Assembly (NCBI RefSeq): GCF_001194135.2
Contig: NC_068993.1
Coordinates: 3,996,315-4,060,314, forward strand
Origin: Octopus bimaculoides
Taxonomy: Eukaryota
Reading direction: 5' to 3'
Length of the DNA stretch: 64,000 nucleotides
Below are positions 1 to 11,434 of the stretch, piece after piece. Position numbers and translations under genes: made by a program. Within the stretch, counting starts at the first letter, position 1. Every line of letters starts with the position of its first letter. The notes below the pieces were generated by a model, which was not told the origin of the DNA, searched no databases, and saw only the letters and a list, made by a program, of their open reading frames with translations.

Positions 1-446
1 CAAGGTCTCTACATAGTCTCATTGAATTACTTTTTAATTGTCCTCTTTTTTACGGAATTCTGACATAAATCTATTTATTGGTTCCTTTTAGAAGGAACTT
101 CGTGACATTGCTATGCTATTATAAGCGCTCTTTGCAAAGAGTAGCTGAAATGATAAACGATTAAGTCCCTTTTTTCAATTGAGCTCTCTTTTATTGCTTT
201 CGCCCTTTGTTGCTCCGACAGGGACATTTAAGTAACTGGCTGTTGTTTCTGTTGTTATAGTTTTTATTGTTGTGCTGTTGCTACTGTTTGATTAAATACA
301 TTTCTACTTGAAAGCTCAACATACCGGAAGCTTATGGTGTTATCAGATGATGCGTGCATTTTGGAGGCCTTCCTGTCGACATTATTACAAACCGACTCCC
401 TCTCTGAGATGAGGTTTCGCTCAATATTCTTTTGGCCATTGCTCAC

Positions 447-535
447 CGTCTCTTTTTAACTAAATCCACTGGTTTGCATTCTCCACCGTAGTCTTGGAGA
501 GATTTGAAGGAAATTTGTCTGCTACTGTTGCAAGT
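447..535 (-). CDS. Candidate internal exon (89 nt) of an unidentified gene
   Basis: On the minus strand, acceptor aaatttttAG and donor ACG|GTGAGC bound an open frame TCNSSRQISFKSLQDYGGECKPVDLVKKR in non-repetitive sequence. No homology recognised. Confidence 0.2.
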
Positions 536-2079
536 CTAAAAATTTGGGTGCGTTTGTCTTTCAAATATATGTCCGGTGCTCTTTGATGCAAAGTTCCTAA
601 AAGCAAACTCTCCCTTCAGTGCCTCAAATATATTGTGCCGCACTCTTTCTATTTCTCTGTCTCTCACTTACTCACCCTCACCCCACCTTTCTCTCTCGTC
701 AGTACAACCACAGATCATATTGTAATCATGCGGTGCATTAATGCATAAAAATGAATGTGACAGTTTGTGCATAACACATTTTTACTACAGTCTTGACACT
801 GAGGGTTCCCAATACATCGCTGAAATTGCTAGAAATAATAGCTAAATCACTCTCAAAACTTCACCGTAAAATCTTTAAAAGGGGTGACAATATGACAATG
901 TAATTTTTAAAAAATAAGATTTAACAGAACGGTGTTGCAGTTTTAGGATGCATGAGAGGGGAATATTTCCAAGGATATGTTTCTGTTTGAATAACATAGT
1001 TAAGTGGGAATCAGCGTACTTAATGCTGTCAGCTCGCAAGAAATATTTGCTAATTAATATTATACCTGGAAGGAAAAGAAAATCATTAGTTTTAAGTTAG
1101 TATTAATTATAAACTCCATCGAAGTAAAACATGAGACATTGTAGGCTACAAGAACTTTTTTAGTTCCTGTAGTTATAACCTTCTTCTTCCTTTCGTGCTC
1201 ATGCCTTACAAAAAGTCTTCTATTTCTCTATTTGTTTGATTTCTAAATTGATTTCTGCTTTTATTTTTATCCGGTTCTTGAGAAAATGATTTCAAGTTGG
1301 AGTAGAACTGCGTCTTTTATTCCATTAATTGTTAAGATTTCCTATATTCATGGTTTCTATGCGATCTATTGCAGGTTTTTATTTCAGTTTCTTTTTTTTT
1401 TTTTTTGCGTACTTGTGTTTTAGTTTATGCCATATTCCTGACATATATGTCCCTACATTTTTCAGTTGCTTCTTTTCCTTGTTGATTTCATTAAAGAATT
1501 AAATATATTTTCACATTTTTATAACTCCTGTATATTTTGTTTTATATGTCAGGGTTTTCATTTGTCACTGTGTTTCAATGTTACTCTGACACAGCACCAA
1601 AAAAATTACCTCTGTAACAGCTGTTAGGTATATATCGCACTCACTCTTCCATATATTATTTCATTTCTGCTGAGATATTCAGGTTTATACTTGTTTTAAT
1701 TAAGTTAGTGTAACAACAGAATTGTTTTTTGTTTTTTTTTACCGTTGTGGCAATTTGTTTTTGTGGGTTTTATTTTCCCATAGTACGTACTTTCGTAGGC
1801 TCACAGGAAATTCTTTTATTCTTTGCAAATCTTCAAACATTTCTAGCTTCAGGTTACCCTAGTCATAATTTACAACTTTACGATTTCCTATTCTGGAATC
1901 AACCTTATATTTCCTTTTCTTTATAAGTTTGTGCTGTTTTTCAGCAAGTTTTCTTTAGCCTCTATTCCTTAGTTGCGCTACAGTTTGTATTTGCTGGGTT
2001 TCTTTCATAGATTGATCCTTGTCATTTATGATTTCCATGTTCTTGGGGGGGGGGGGGTTCTTTTTACCACATCCTTTCA

Positions 2080-2290
2080 GATCCTCCTTTGTATTTTTCT
2101 TCTTCTGTTCCATTTCTGTTTCAATTTGTTATTCTTTTGACCAATCTTCCACATATTTTCGTCCGGATTTTCCCCCTCCAAATTTCTATTAGAGCTTATT
2201 GACGTAGGATCTGTTTTCCTTTCTGTTTGTATTTCACAGAGCGTCACTGAAAACTTATGCAGCATAACAGTATGGCACACATTCCACATG
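2080..2290 (-). mobile_element. Possible highly degenerate RTE-type LINE fragment (post-RT region)
   Basis: Frameshifted minus-strand pieces PYCYAA*, WRGKIRTKICGRL and KWNRRRK loosely resemble the RTE consensus PVxxYAAETW...FERKILRKIYGP...WRRR. Confidence 0.22.
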
Positions 2291-2419
2291 CGCCTTTGTG
2301 CGTTTTCGTTTTCTTGCTTTACTTACGAAACTGGTATAAAGTCTGGTGAATAATTAAGATTGATGTTATTTTCATCAAGTACCGGTTTATTTGTTTCTAA
2401 TGTTGCCGGATTTTGTATG

Positions 2420-2860
2420 CGACATCTTGTTGGTAAATAACACCATGATGATATTTTTGGACATCTGCTTATGATGTAGGTGATATTTTTGGTGTTAAAT
2501 CTACAAAGACTGCATCAGTTGACACATCAGGTTTTTGGTTGATATTTCCTGTTCCTGGATTGCAAACGCATACCCTTCAGAGTGGAAGGTAGTAATCCGG
2601 ACATTGGTCCATGATAGACTGCTTTGATGATCAATGCTACTATCATCTTGGAGCTTTCTATTAACATATCCATGCTTAGTCTTCTGTTCATATAGGTTCA
2701 TCCTTTCATCTGATAATACATTGCGGTAGAGTCGTGCGAATTCTGTGGGCATGTAGTCTATATTATCAGACAAAGAATGTTACTCAAGGAGCTGCCTTCC
2801 AAGTCTTATGATTTTGTCAGCCTCATGTATACATTCTTGGTCAAGGCATGCTCTTCAATA
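2420..2860 (-). mobile_element. R4/Dong-clade non-LTR retrotransposon fragment (post-RT linker plus CCHC zinc knuckle), degenerate
   Basis: Minus-strand translation ...KTKHGYVNRKL...SLSWTNVRITTFHSEGYAFAIQEQEISTKNL matches the R4/Dong HG...EG(F/Y)xxAxQ(D/E)Q motif. After a frameshift comes CSLCRFNTKNITYIISRCPK, a C-x2-C-x8-(H>Y)-x4-C knuckle at about 2459-2515. Confidence 0.75.
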
Positions 2861-5149
2861 TTTGATGTATGTATATATATGTTATAAAATTCCCAACATT
2901 TAAAATACTAGCAGCTTGGTATTGTTAGTCCTTCTTCACTTGTACCAATGATTCAACTTAGTTGTAAATTATAGCCTATATACACGGGAAGAAGCGATCA
3001 CTGACTTGGTATAGTTCCCCATTTAAGTAATTAGTATCTGACTATAAAACCAAATTATGTATCAGTTTTTCATCATTTCACACAAGAACACCAAGAATAA
3101 TACAGTTATCAACAAAAACGATGCTAATATTTCATATACTACTGCAAACAAATGTACACCCATTCTAAATAATTTTAACCTATCAACATTAAGTGCGATA
3201 ATTTCATCTCCCAGTAGCGTACTCGAATCATTAGTGATCTTACAAACTGAGCGTGTGAAAATGCGATGCTAGTACTCGTTGTAAGCATGTTTTCCGTCTC
3301 ATTAACTTTTTCAGAATAAAGTTCATCAAATACCAGTTCCTCTTACGTAAATATGTAAAGCAATCAGTGTTTAACATTCGATGTACATTTGTAGTCAAAA
3401 TTTTGAATACTATTAATTACAAGATTCAATACAAAATCGTTTTCCTCATTAAATACGAAGAAATATGGCTAACTCTGGTGTAACATTAATACTGAAAATA
3501 TTCTTTGTGAGTCTATGTCTGCTAAACTGTCACTTATAACTTATATCATCGTGTCAACATGGAACGGTTACAATCATCACCATTAGTCTATTCAAACAAA
3601 TATTCACCAACAATACGATACACAAACCAACTTTTAGTATACGCAATTCAGTTATTGTCACATCTTATTTAGATTTGTCTTTTGTATATTTTTCTAATAT
3701 TTACTGTTTTATATTTCATGTGTAATTTTATTTGTCTAAACTCGTTTGGTTCATTATATTAGATATATTACGATAGACTTATCTATTTTTTCTTCAGGAA
3801 CAGAGTTAAGGTGGCGTTGAATTCAGTCTAATCTAATAAGACCGCATTGTAATCTAATCAGATCACATTAAAGAAAACGTTATTAAATACACGAACAATA
3901 TAATTACATTTATTGTGAAAATATAATTATAAATATTAAAGTATGAAATAGAAAAACTTAAACTGACCTTCGAATGACACGCATACACACACGTATGTCT
4001 GCATATAAAATCTACTGTGTAATCAAAATGCATGAATACATTTTTTTTATGCAAAGTCTAGACTTCTTGTAGATATCCAAACATAAGGAAATTTAAGGTC
4101 TTTGGATAAAAGCAATTCCGAAGACAGCATAAGAAATATGTTATTTTTGAAATGTGAGGCAAATAAAGAAGAGTACCTCCTGGTGTATGGGTATTAATAC
4201 CAGGCTTCCACTTTGTAATACGAAAGAGCATAAAAGGTGAATCTAAAGCATTAATTGAATTCTTCGAGGTTTTCATGGGTTCTAAATTTTTGGTACTATT
4301 TAGGCAACTTGTGAAAAACTGCTCTGTTGTTTATCGAGCTCTACTTCTCTATTCACTTGGTCACTGCAGTTTTAATGATAAAAGTGGCCCTTAGTTTCTA
4401 ACTTGATGTGAAATGAAAATGTTAAGGCACTTAACCTGCTGTGATAATATTTCTCAGTAAATATATTTACACTGATGTTTTTATATATGTACGCATTTAT
4501 GTATGTATAACATGAATGAACAAAAGGAAGAAAAGCAGAACAAAAGGGAAAAGTTTTCACAAAGGTGTTATTGGTTTCACACTTGGAAAGGAAACAGAAA
4601 ACAGAAGAGGAGCTTTGACGTTTCATTGGGAGAAAAGGAAAGAAAATTGAGAAGTGTGTAGAGGGGTAAGATGGGGATTAGAGATTACGTAGGAAGGAGG
4701 TAAGAAGAGAAGAGTAGGCGGTGAGTTGTGCCCATATAACGGGGAGTGTGTGATTATAGATATATACGTAAGTATATAAATGGATACGTATCTGGTCGAG
4801 CTTATGGTAGAAGATGCTCGGCGAAAATTCCATCAACGTCTATTGACTCCTGTCAAAGAAAGGCAAGATTCGAATTAATTTCAGAGTTAGTCACATGCTT
4901 AAGGTTTATACATAGGTAAGACAGTAAACTATAATGATGTAATCTACGTAAGTGAATCTGGCATTTTCTATTTCAATTATATAAATATATTACGGAGGTA
5001 TAGATGCTAGGCGAACGATTTCATATGACACTGTCTTGAAACTATTGTGTTGAGTCAAAAGTTTCACAATATTTCGGTAACATATTTGCTCTACTCGTCA
5101 AGTTACAACAAAAGCAGCCCAACATTCGAAGTAAAACCATTATGTCGCA

Positions 5150-5412
5150 GCGTCTGGATTCACATTCCTGTCAATTTCTTTGTTTAACATTCGCAGATAC
5201 CAGTTCTTGTCCTTCAAGGCGAAGAACTCCTTCTCTGAAACTACCACCTTTCCTTGGTTGATGAATCTTCGCCAGCGTAATAAGGTCATAATCCCAGAGA
5301 GATATTTTTACGCAATCTTTCTGTGCATAAACAATGGTTTAGCAAGGACCGGCTTCCAGAACCTGTGGCCAAACATAGGCGCATGTTTGTCAGACAAAAT
5401 GGCTGATTGTTA
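5150..5412 (-). pseudogene. Unidentified coding-like remnant (one internal stop) next to a hammerhead motif; probably transposon-derived
   Basis: Minus frame QSAILSDKHAPMFGHRFWKPVLAKPLFMHRKIA*KYLSGIMTLLRWRRFINQGKVVVSEKEFFALKDKNWYLRMLNKEIDRNV. More GC-rich than its flanks, and the antisense frame is also open. Family not recognised. Confidence 0.3.
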
Positions 5413-5450
5413 GTGAGGAAAGACACACAAATAGGAAAGAAGAAAGCAAA

Positions 5451-5495
5451 GGACCACTGATGAGGTCACAGAAGTGTGACGAAAGAACTTTGGCC
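5451..5495 (+). ncRNA. Minimal type-I hammerhead ribozyme motif
   Basis: GGACCA-CTGATGA-G-GTCACA(GAAG)TGTGAC-GAAA-G-AA-C-TT^TGGCC: intact CUGAUGA and GAAA core, 6-bp stem II, 2-bp stem III, stem I of 5 bp with one bulge. Confidence 0.6.
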
Positions 5496-5734
5496 GCAAT
5501 ACGTTTAATGTAAAAATGAAGCTGAAGCAAATTACACCAAATATATAGTGCGTGTGTTTTTATTGGCTAAACAGACAATATGACCATCCCCAAATACAAC
5601 AACATAATATATATATATATAATTTATTAATTCACACTAGAATATAAGTATAAAATCACGTTAATGATTTTGATCAGGTAGTCAGTATGCAATAAAAACT
5701 TATACGTAATTTATTCATTAGATTAATAATTATA

Positions 5735-6157
5735 NNNNNNNNNNNNNNNNNNNNNNNNNNNNNNNNNNNNNNNNNNNNNNNNNNNNNNNNNNNNNNNNNN
5801 NNNNNNNNNNNNNNNNNNNNNNNNNNNNNNNNNNNNNNNNNNNNNNNNNNNNNNNNNNNNNNNNNNNNNNNNNNNNNNNNNNNNNNNNNNNNNNNNNNNN
5901 NNNNNNNNNNNNNNNNNNNNNNNNNNNNNNNNNNNNNNNNNNNNNNNNNNNNNNNNNNNNNNNNNNNNNNNNNNNNNNNNNNNNNNNNNNNNNNNNNNNN
6001 NNNNNNNNNNNNNNNNNNNNNNNNNNNNNNNNNNNNNNNNNNNNNNNNNNNNNNNNNNNNNNNNNNNNNNNNNNNNNNNNNNNNNNNNNNNNNNNNNNNN
6101 NNNNNNNNNNNNNNNNNNNNNNNNNNNNNNNNNNNNNNNNNNNNNNNNNNNNNNNNN
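5735..6157. other. Assembly gap (N-run)
   Basis: Run of n abutting the internal microsatellite of a SINE. Confidence 1.
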
Positions 6158-6365
6158 CAAACATATTCACACACACACACATATATATATACATATGTAC
6201 GACGGGATTCTTTCAATTTCCGTCGACCAAATCCACTCACAAGGTTTTGGTCGGCCCGAGGCTATAGCAGAAGACACTTGCTCAAGGTGCTTCACAGTGG
6301 GACTGAACCCGGAACCATGTGATTGGTAAGCAAGCTACTTACAACACAGCCTCTCCTACGCCTAT
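6158..6365 (-). mobile_element. tRNA-derived SINE, family A (head plus internal TA/CA microsatellite; tail lost in the gap)
   Basis: Reverse complement GGCGTAGGAGAGGCTGTGTTGTAAGTAGCTTGCTTACCAATCACATGGTTCCGGGTTCAGTCCCAC has A/B-box-like motifs and is homologous to copies at 9858 and 12755. Octopus tRNA-derived SINEs (OK/OR1/OR2) are established, but the exact family is not assigned. Confidence 0.85.
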
Positions 6366-6406
6366 ATGTATACAATTACATTAAATGAACAAGGGGGAAA
6401 ATCACG

Positions 6407-6458
6407 TGTCTCTAGCATGCTTGAAAATGCGGCGGCATTTTCAAGCATGTTCGAGACA
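6407..6458. repeat. Near-perfect inverted repeat (24-bp arms, 4-nt loop)
   Basis: TGTCTCTAGCATGCTTGAAAATGC-GGCG-GCATTTTCAAGCATGTTCGAGACA. The inner 15 bp pair perfectly. Confidence 0.95.
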
Positions 6459-6519
6459 GTTCGTTTTTTGTCGCTCTTGTTCTCTTAATATAATTATATG
6501 CATATATAATTATTAACTT

Positions 6520-6601
6520 ATGTATATATGTATGTATGTATGTATGTATGTGTGTATGAATGTATGTATGTACAATCTTATGCTTTTAAACTACATATTT
6601 G

Positions 6602-6633
<32 letters not shown>

Positions 6634-6720
6634 TAAATATGCACATATGTATATGTGAGTTTGTGAGTGTGTGTTTTTGTGCATTTATGTATGTGTAAGC
6701 ATGTATGTAAGCACGGGTAA
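6520..6720. repeat. Compound (TATG)n/(TA)n/(TG)n microsatellite
   Basis: Direct reading. Confidence 0.9.
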
Positions 6721-7739
6721 AATCAGCTTGAACGAGTTGAATCACCTTTCAAAATTAGAAAACATGTCCTTATGGATTTCTAACTATTGCACAAAAGAAA
6801 TCCAAGGAACAGCTATACCCAACTGAATGTCACTGTTAATTAAAACTCAGATTTGTTGTCTATTGTTATAACGTATTATTATATGTTATAAACTGAGGCG
6901 CAGCATGGTTGAATTGAAATTCTCTCATATTCTTTACATGGTTATAACTCCATGAATGCTAAAGAGATATACACCTTCTTCACTTGAACACCTGCATTTA
7001 TTTAGTTAGGATGAAAGCTGTTTGCAGTGAAAGAGATGGTGTTAGAGTTAAGATCTATTGATATTATCACAATGTTCATAAGAAAGTAGACAATGAATGA
7101 GTTTACAACCTAATCCGCAAGATGTCTATCAAACGAACGTGAGAAAAACAATTCGCGCACGAGTCAGCGTGAGATTACAGCAATGGGATTATTCGAATAG
7201 CTAAAAATAAGACGACAAATATCTATCTGATCACATCATAATGGATTAAATATTTGAAGGATATCACATCACAGATTATACAGCCCTATATGCTGCACCA
7301 TAAAATGCATTGTCCATACCTTGAGTGTTTTTCAAATTGGGGACAACTGAATCAGAACAGACTCGGGGTGAAACAAACGCAACTACACAGAAAACAGTTT
7401 CACAAGTTGAAGAAATATCAGAGATTCATTTATTATACTATTATACTTATTAATTCCTCTAGCAGTGGATTTTCTCACTCTGCCCTCTAAATACATCCCT
7501 ATGTATATACACATACATACATACATATACGTACATGTATGTGCCTGTGTGTCTGTCTGTCTCTCTGTGTGTATATATGTGTGTGTTTCTCTATGTACAT
7601 CCATATACTTATCGCTCTATCTGGTCTATCTACCAGGCTATCTTTCCATCTATTATTCCATACATTCATTAAACAGTTGTCTATATTATTCTTGGCAAGA
7701 TTCTCAGTTACGATGGGAAAGGAAAAAAGAAACCCATTC

Positions 7740-7850
7740 ATAATTATTATCACCATTCCCACAATCAGTATCATTATCAACAGCATCATCATCATCATCA
7801 TTATTATGATCATCTTCATCATCAACATCATCATAATCGTCATCGTCATT
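7740..7850. repeat. Degenerate (CAT/ATT)n trinucleotide tract
   Basis: Direct reading; source of poly-I/M/H pseudo-ORFs. Confidence 0.85.
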
Positions 7851-8019
7851 TTCTCAAAGAAAAGGTAGAAAGTGGTAATTATAATTTCTAATTTTCCTTT
7901 GAATTTTTTCAGTTAAAAGTCAGCTATTTATTTATTTTTTTTTAAGTTTTGCTAATTCATGACTTCACTGACGTCATCAGATGAGAAATATATGAAGAAA
8001 GGAACGGCACGTGTACACA

Positions 8020-8125
8020 TACACACAAACACGCGCGTGCACACACACACACAAACGCACACATGCACACATGCACACATTCTTTCGTATATATACACAC
8101 ATTCACACAAAGCATGCATGTGTGC

Positions 8126-8158
<33 letters not shown>

Positions 8159-8200
8159 GGTAGTTATATATATATAAATATGGATATATATATATATATG

Positions 8201-8245
<45 letters not shown>

Positions 8246-8402
8246 GTGTGTGTGTATGTGTGTGTGTGTGTTTGTATGTGCATATGCATTTATGTATGTA
8301 TGCGTATGTATGCTTCTGCTTGTATATATATTTTTGTGTATATTTATTAGGCTATATACGAACCAAAATATAGGATTCAAAACAATACATGTATGAGAAT
8401 GC

Positions 8403-8473
<71 letters not shown>
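8020..8473. repeat. Compound (CA)/(TA)/(TG) microsatellite block ending in a pure (TG)n at about 8404-8473
   Basis: Direct reading. Confidence 0.95.
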
Positions 8474-8474
<1 letters not shown>

Positions 8475-8964
8475 CAGCGTGTACTTGTGTACACGCGTGT
8501 GTGCTCGAGTAGTTATGACTGTGCCTTTCAGTAAAGAGTGAAAGGATCATGACAACGAGATTTAAGTAACGAAAATGCAAATGTACATATATGATAGAAC
8601 CACACACATTTAAAAACACATACACCTGCCTTCATATAGATAACACACACACACGCACACACACAGATAAATACATAACCATAAAAAGAGAGATATAATA
8701 AGAGAGAAGGAATGATTTCATTGGGTGGGGATGGGTGGGGTGGGGTTAACTGCATGCAGGAAGAAATGAAGAATAAAGACATACTAATAGCAAGTGGTGA
8801 GATCTTACATAAAATGAGGTTAGAATTAGTAAAAGGAGAAATAAACGTTTAAAAAATAGGCAATGATTTAAGATTCTATCATTCAAAGATTTATTTGAAT
8901 AATGTATCAATGTTATGTGAAATCATGCATAACCTGAAAATGCAATGACCTTTAAACTTTTGCC

Positions 8965-9055
8965 TCTTTGCCAGCAATTTAGGGGGAAGGGAATAAGTCG
9001 ATTACATCAACCCCCAATATTCAACTGGTAATTATTTTATCGACCTCGATAAAAT
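8965..9055 (-). mobile_element. SINE family B (Meta-like domain) 3' fragment
   Basis: AAGTCGATTACATCAACCCC...ACTGGTAATTATTTTATCGACC is homologous to the copy at 10263. Confidence 0.65.
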
Positions 9056-9857
9056 CCACATTAAGGGAAATATCTATGACAAACTAGGAGAATAATTATG
9101 AATCTTCCTACGATTTCAATAGTTTCTTCAATGCAATGACTAAATTTCACAAAGTTAAGAATTGTGGCATTAGTTCATGAGAACATATGTTCTCTTTGTA
9201 GAAGAGCAATAAAGTTTCGATAGAAGACAAATTGGTAGAATGTAAAATATAATTAATTCTGGAGTGTTTTCGCTGCGTTAATAGGAAAAAAAAGTGTCAG
9301 ATCTCTTCGGAACATGGTCCAATGGAGAGACAAGTAAGCAATCTACATGATTATAATTGAAAATTTACGAGAGTGGATTTAAACTTGGTGGCATAAATGT
9401 TATGATAAAGAAGCATCCATGAAACATTAATATCCATGTAACATTAATTATTTTTGCGAAATAACAACAAAAAATCCTTGTTTGAACTTTGTTTTAATTA
9501 GAAATCTGGCAGATTACAAATAATGGATGCTAACAGACTCAAAAAATTTTCTTTCAACCACAACGTAGTTCTTAATAACTAGTACAGAAGAAGAATTGCA
9601 TTAAATCGGATGTTTTTGTGTTTGAAATGAACGATTCTGCGTGTTTAGACATACATGTACACGTATCTAAGTATAAATATGTTCATATATTCATATATAA
9701 GTTTGAATACATATATATGTGTGTATATGTAGGTATGTGGGTGTGTGTGTGAGTGTGTTTTTTCTGTGCGTGCGTGCGCACGCGTGTGTATATTCAGAAT
9801 ATATCCTGAGTAAAATAACTTTTTAATCTTCTCTAATAGAGATAATCCTCATGTATC

Positions 9858-9973
9858 TGAGGCTACATTAGAAGACACTTGCTCAAAGTACAACAAAGTA
9901 CAACAAAGTGGGACTGAAACCGGAACAAGCTGGTTGGGAAGCAAGCTTCTTACCACTCAGCCACGCCTACGCC
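9858..9973 (-). mobile_element. SINE family A head fragment with an internal 10-bp tandem duplication
   Basis: AGAAGACACTTGCTCAAAGTACAACAAAGTACAACAAAGTGGGACTGAAACCGGAAC...CCACGCCTACGCC matches family A. Confidence 0.8.
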
Positions 9974-10262
9974 TTTTTTATTTATTCTTTTTTTTTCCTT
10001 GTGCTGGAGAGTAAGTTTCCTGTTACGAATATTCGTTAATTGATTTGTCACTAATATGTTACTGGTGAAGAGAAAGAGCATAAAACTTGATGACAATGCC
10101 ATGTAGGACGTGCAAGAATGTAGATGGAGGCAGAATTCAAACATTTTTATGAAACCAGTCCTTGTTTCGTATATAATTAACTCCTTTCCAGCTATTGGTT
10201 CGTAATGGTGCTGAGTAATTATTTTTATCAACCTGGAACTAGAGTAGTCTAAGTTATTTTCT

Positions 10263-10469
10263 ATTCTGGGCACAAGGCCCGAAATTTTGAGGGAGGGGCC
10301 ACCGATAAGATCGACCCCAGTATGCAACTAGTACTTAATTTATCGACCCCGAAAGGATGAAAGGCAAAGTCGACCTCAGCGGAATTTCACCTCAGAACGT
10401 AAAGACAGACGAAATAGCGCTAAGCAGTTTGCCCGGCGTGCTAACGTTTCTCTCAGCTCGCCCGCCTTA
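10263..10469 (-). mobile_element. tRNA-derived SINE, family B (Meta-like central domain), near full length
   Basis: Reverse complement contains GTCGACTTTGCCTTTCATCCTTTCGGGGTCGATAAATTAAGTACTAG, resembling the MetaSINE Meta domain (recalled, not aligned). Many copies in the window. Confidence 0.85.
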
Positions 10470-11269
10470 TAGAGAAGTCTAAGTTCACCTTACGACTAAT
10501 CACAGAAGTTAAATCGAAGCATCCATTTCGTATAGTGGGGTGTTGACTCTTAGAAAGATACATTACATTGGTTGATGCCATTAAACAGGTTGCATGCAGG
10601 TTTATTCTTCGACAGAACCGAAGAATATTCCGTTAAACCAGCATTGAAGAGTTATTGAGCTTTTTAAAAATTTATGTCCAGCAAAATGGATTTGAAAAAT
10701 AAGGCGAAAAAAAAAACATAATTCATAAGGTCTGTATGAGTAATCTGCTTTTAATATCCAGATAATCAATAAAATAAATTGAACAGATTGTGGAGAGGAG
10801 AGGTTAGAATATTATTAAAATGGGAATCTGGCATTCTATATTTTATGCTTTTTATAATCACGATGATAAAATTAATATCAGTTTTAGTAATGGCATGGTT
10901 GCAAAACAGGACTAAAGTTATTGTAACCGATGTCATTTCTTATCAATAGAAATATGGTTAGTATGCTGAGCAGCCATGAAATTTAAACATTGCATTCCTG
11001 TAGAATGGGATGACCGAAAATAAAAATTATAAACAAAAGCCACCCATCATTGTTGATATCGCTTTTAGCTGAATTGTGGTAGTTACTTTTAATAATCTCA
11101 TCACTTATTATTGAAAAATATCTAAATCTCAGGCAATGAGGATTTTGACCTGTGGTGCTGTAAAATCGAAATTTGCTGCCAATGAATTGAAATTCTACGA
11201 TTCCATGTCCTAAGGAGACTGGAAGCTCTGTACCGTCCATTATTATAACCTGAAGGGATAACTCTGGTA

Positions 11270-11434
11270 TCCCAGTTCTATATTTAAGATATGAGGAATT
11301 ATGTACATTATTTACATTATTTATATTTGATGGATATTTGTCCTCATCTTGTTTGTTGTTAACACAACGTTTCGGCTGATATACTCTCCAGCCTTCATCA
11401 GGTGTCTTGGGGGAGATTTCGAATCTTGGTTCTC
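11270..11434 (-). mobile_element. Penelope-like pseudo-LTR-type repeat carrying a hammerhead ribozyme
   Basis: Contains CTGATGAAGGCTG...CAGCCGAAACGTT on the minus strand. Minimal hammerheads in Penelope-like element terminal repeats are established; the family assignment is inferred. Confidence 0.55.
11361..11406 (-). ncRNA. Minimal type-I hammerhead ribozyme motif with palindromic stem III
   Basis: Reverse complement GACAC-CTGATGA-A-GGCTG(GAGAGTATAT)CAGCC-GAAAC-GTT^GTGTT: 5-bp stem I (GACAC/GTGTT), 5-bp stem II, intact core, AACGTT palindrome in place of a closed stem III. Confidence 0.8.

Noticed and set aside
7960-7985. CTGATGA on the minus strand
   Set aside because: No downstream stem II and GAAA.
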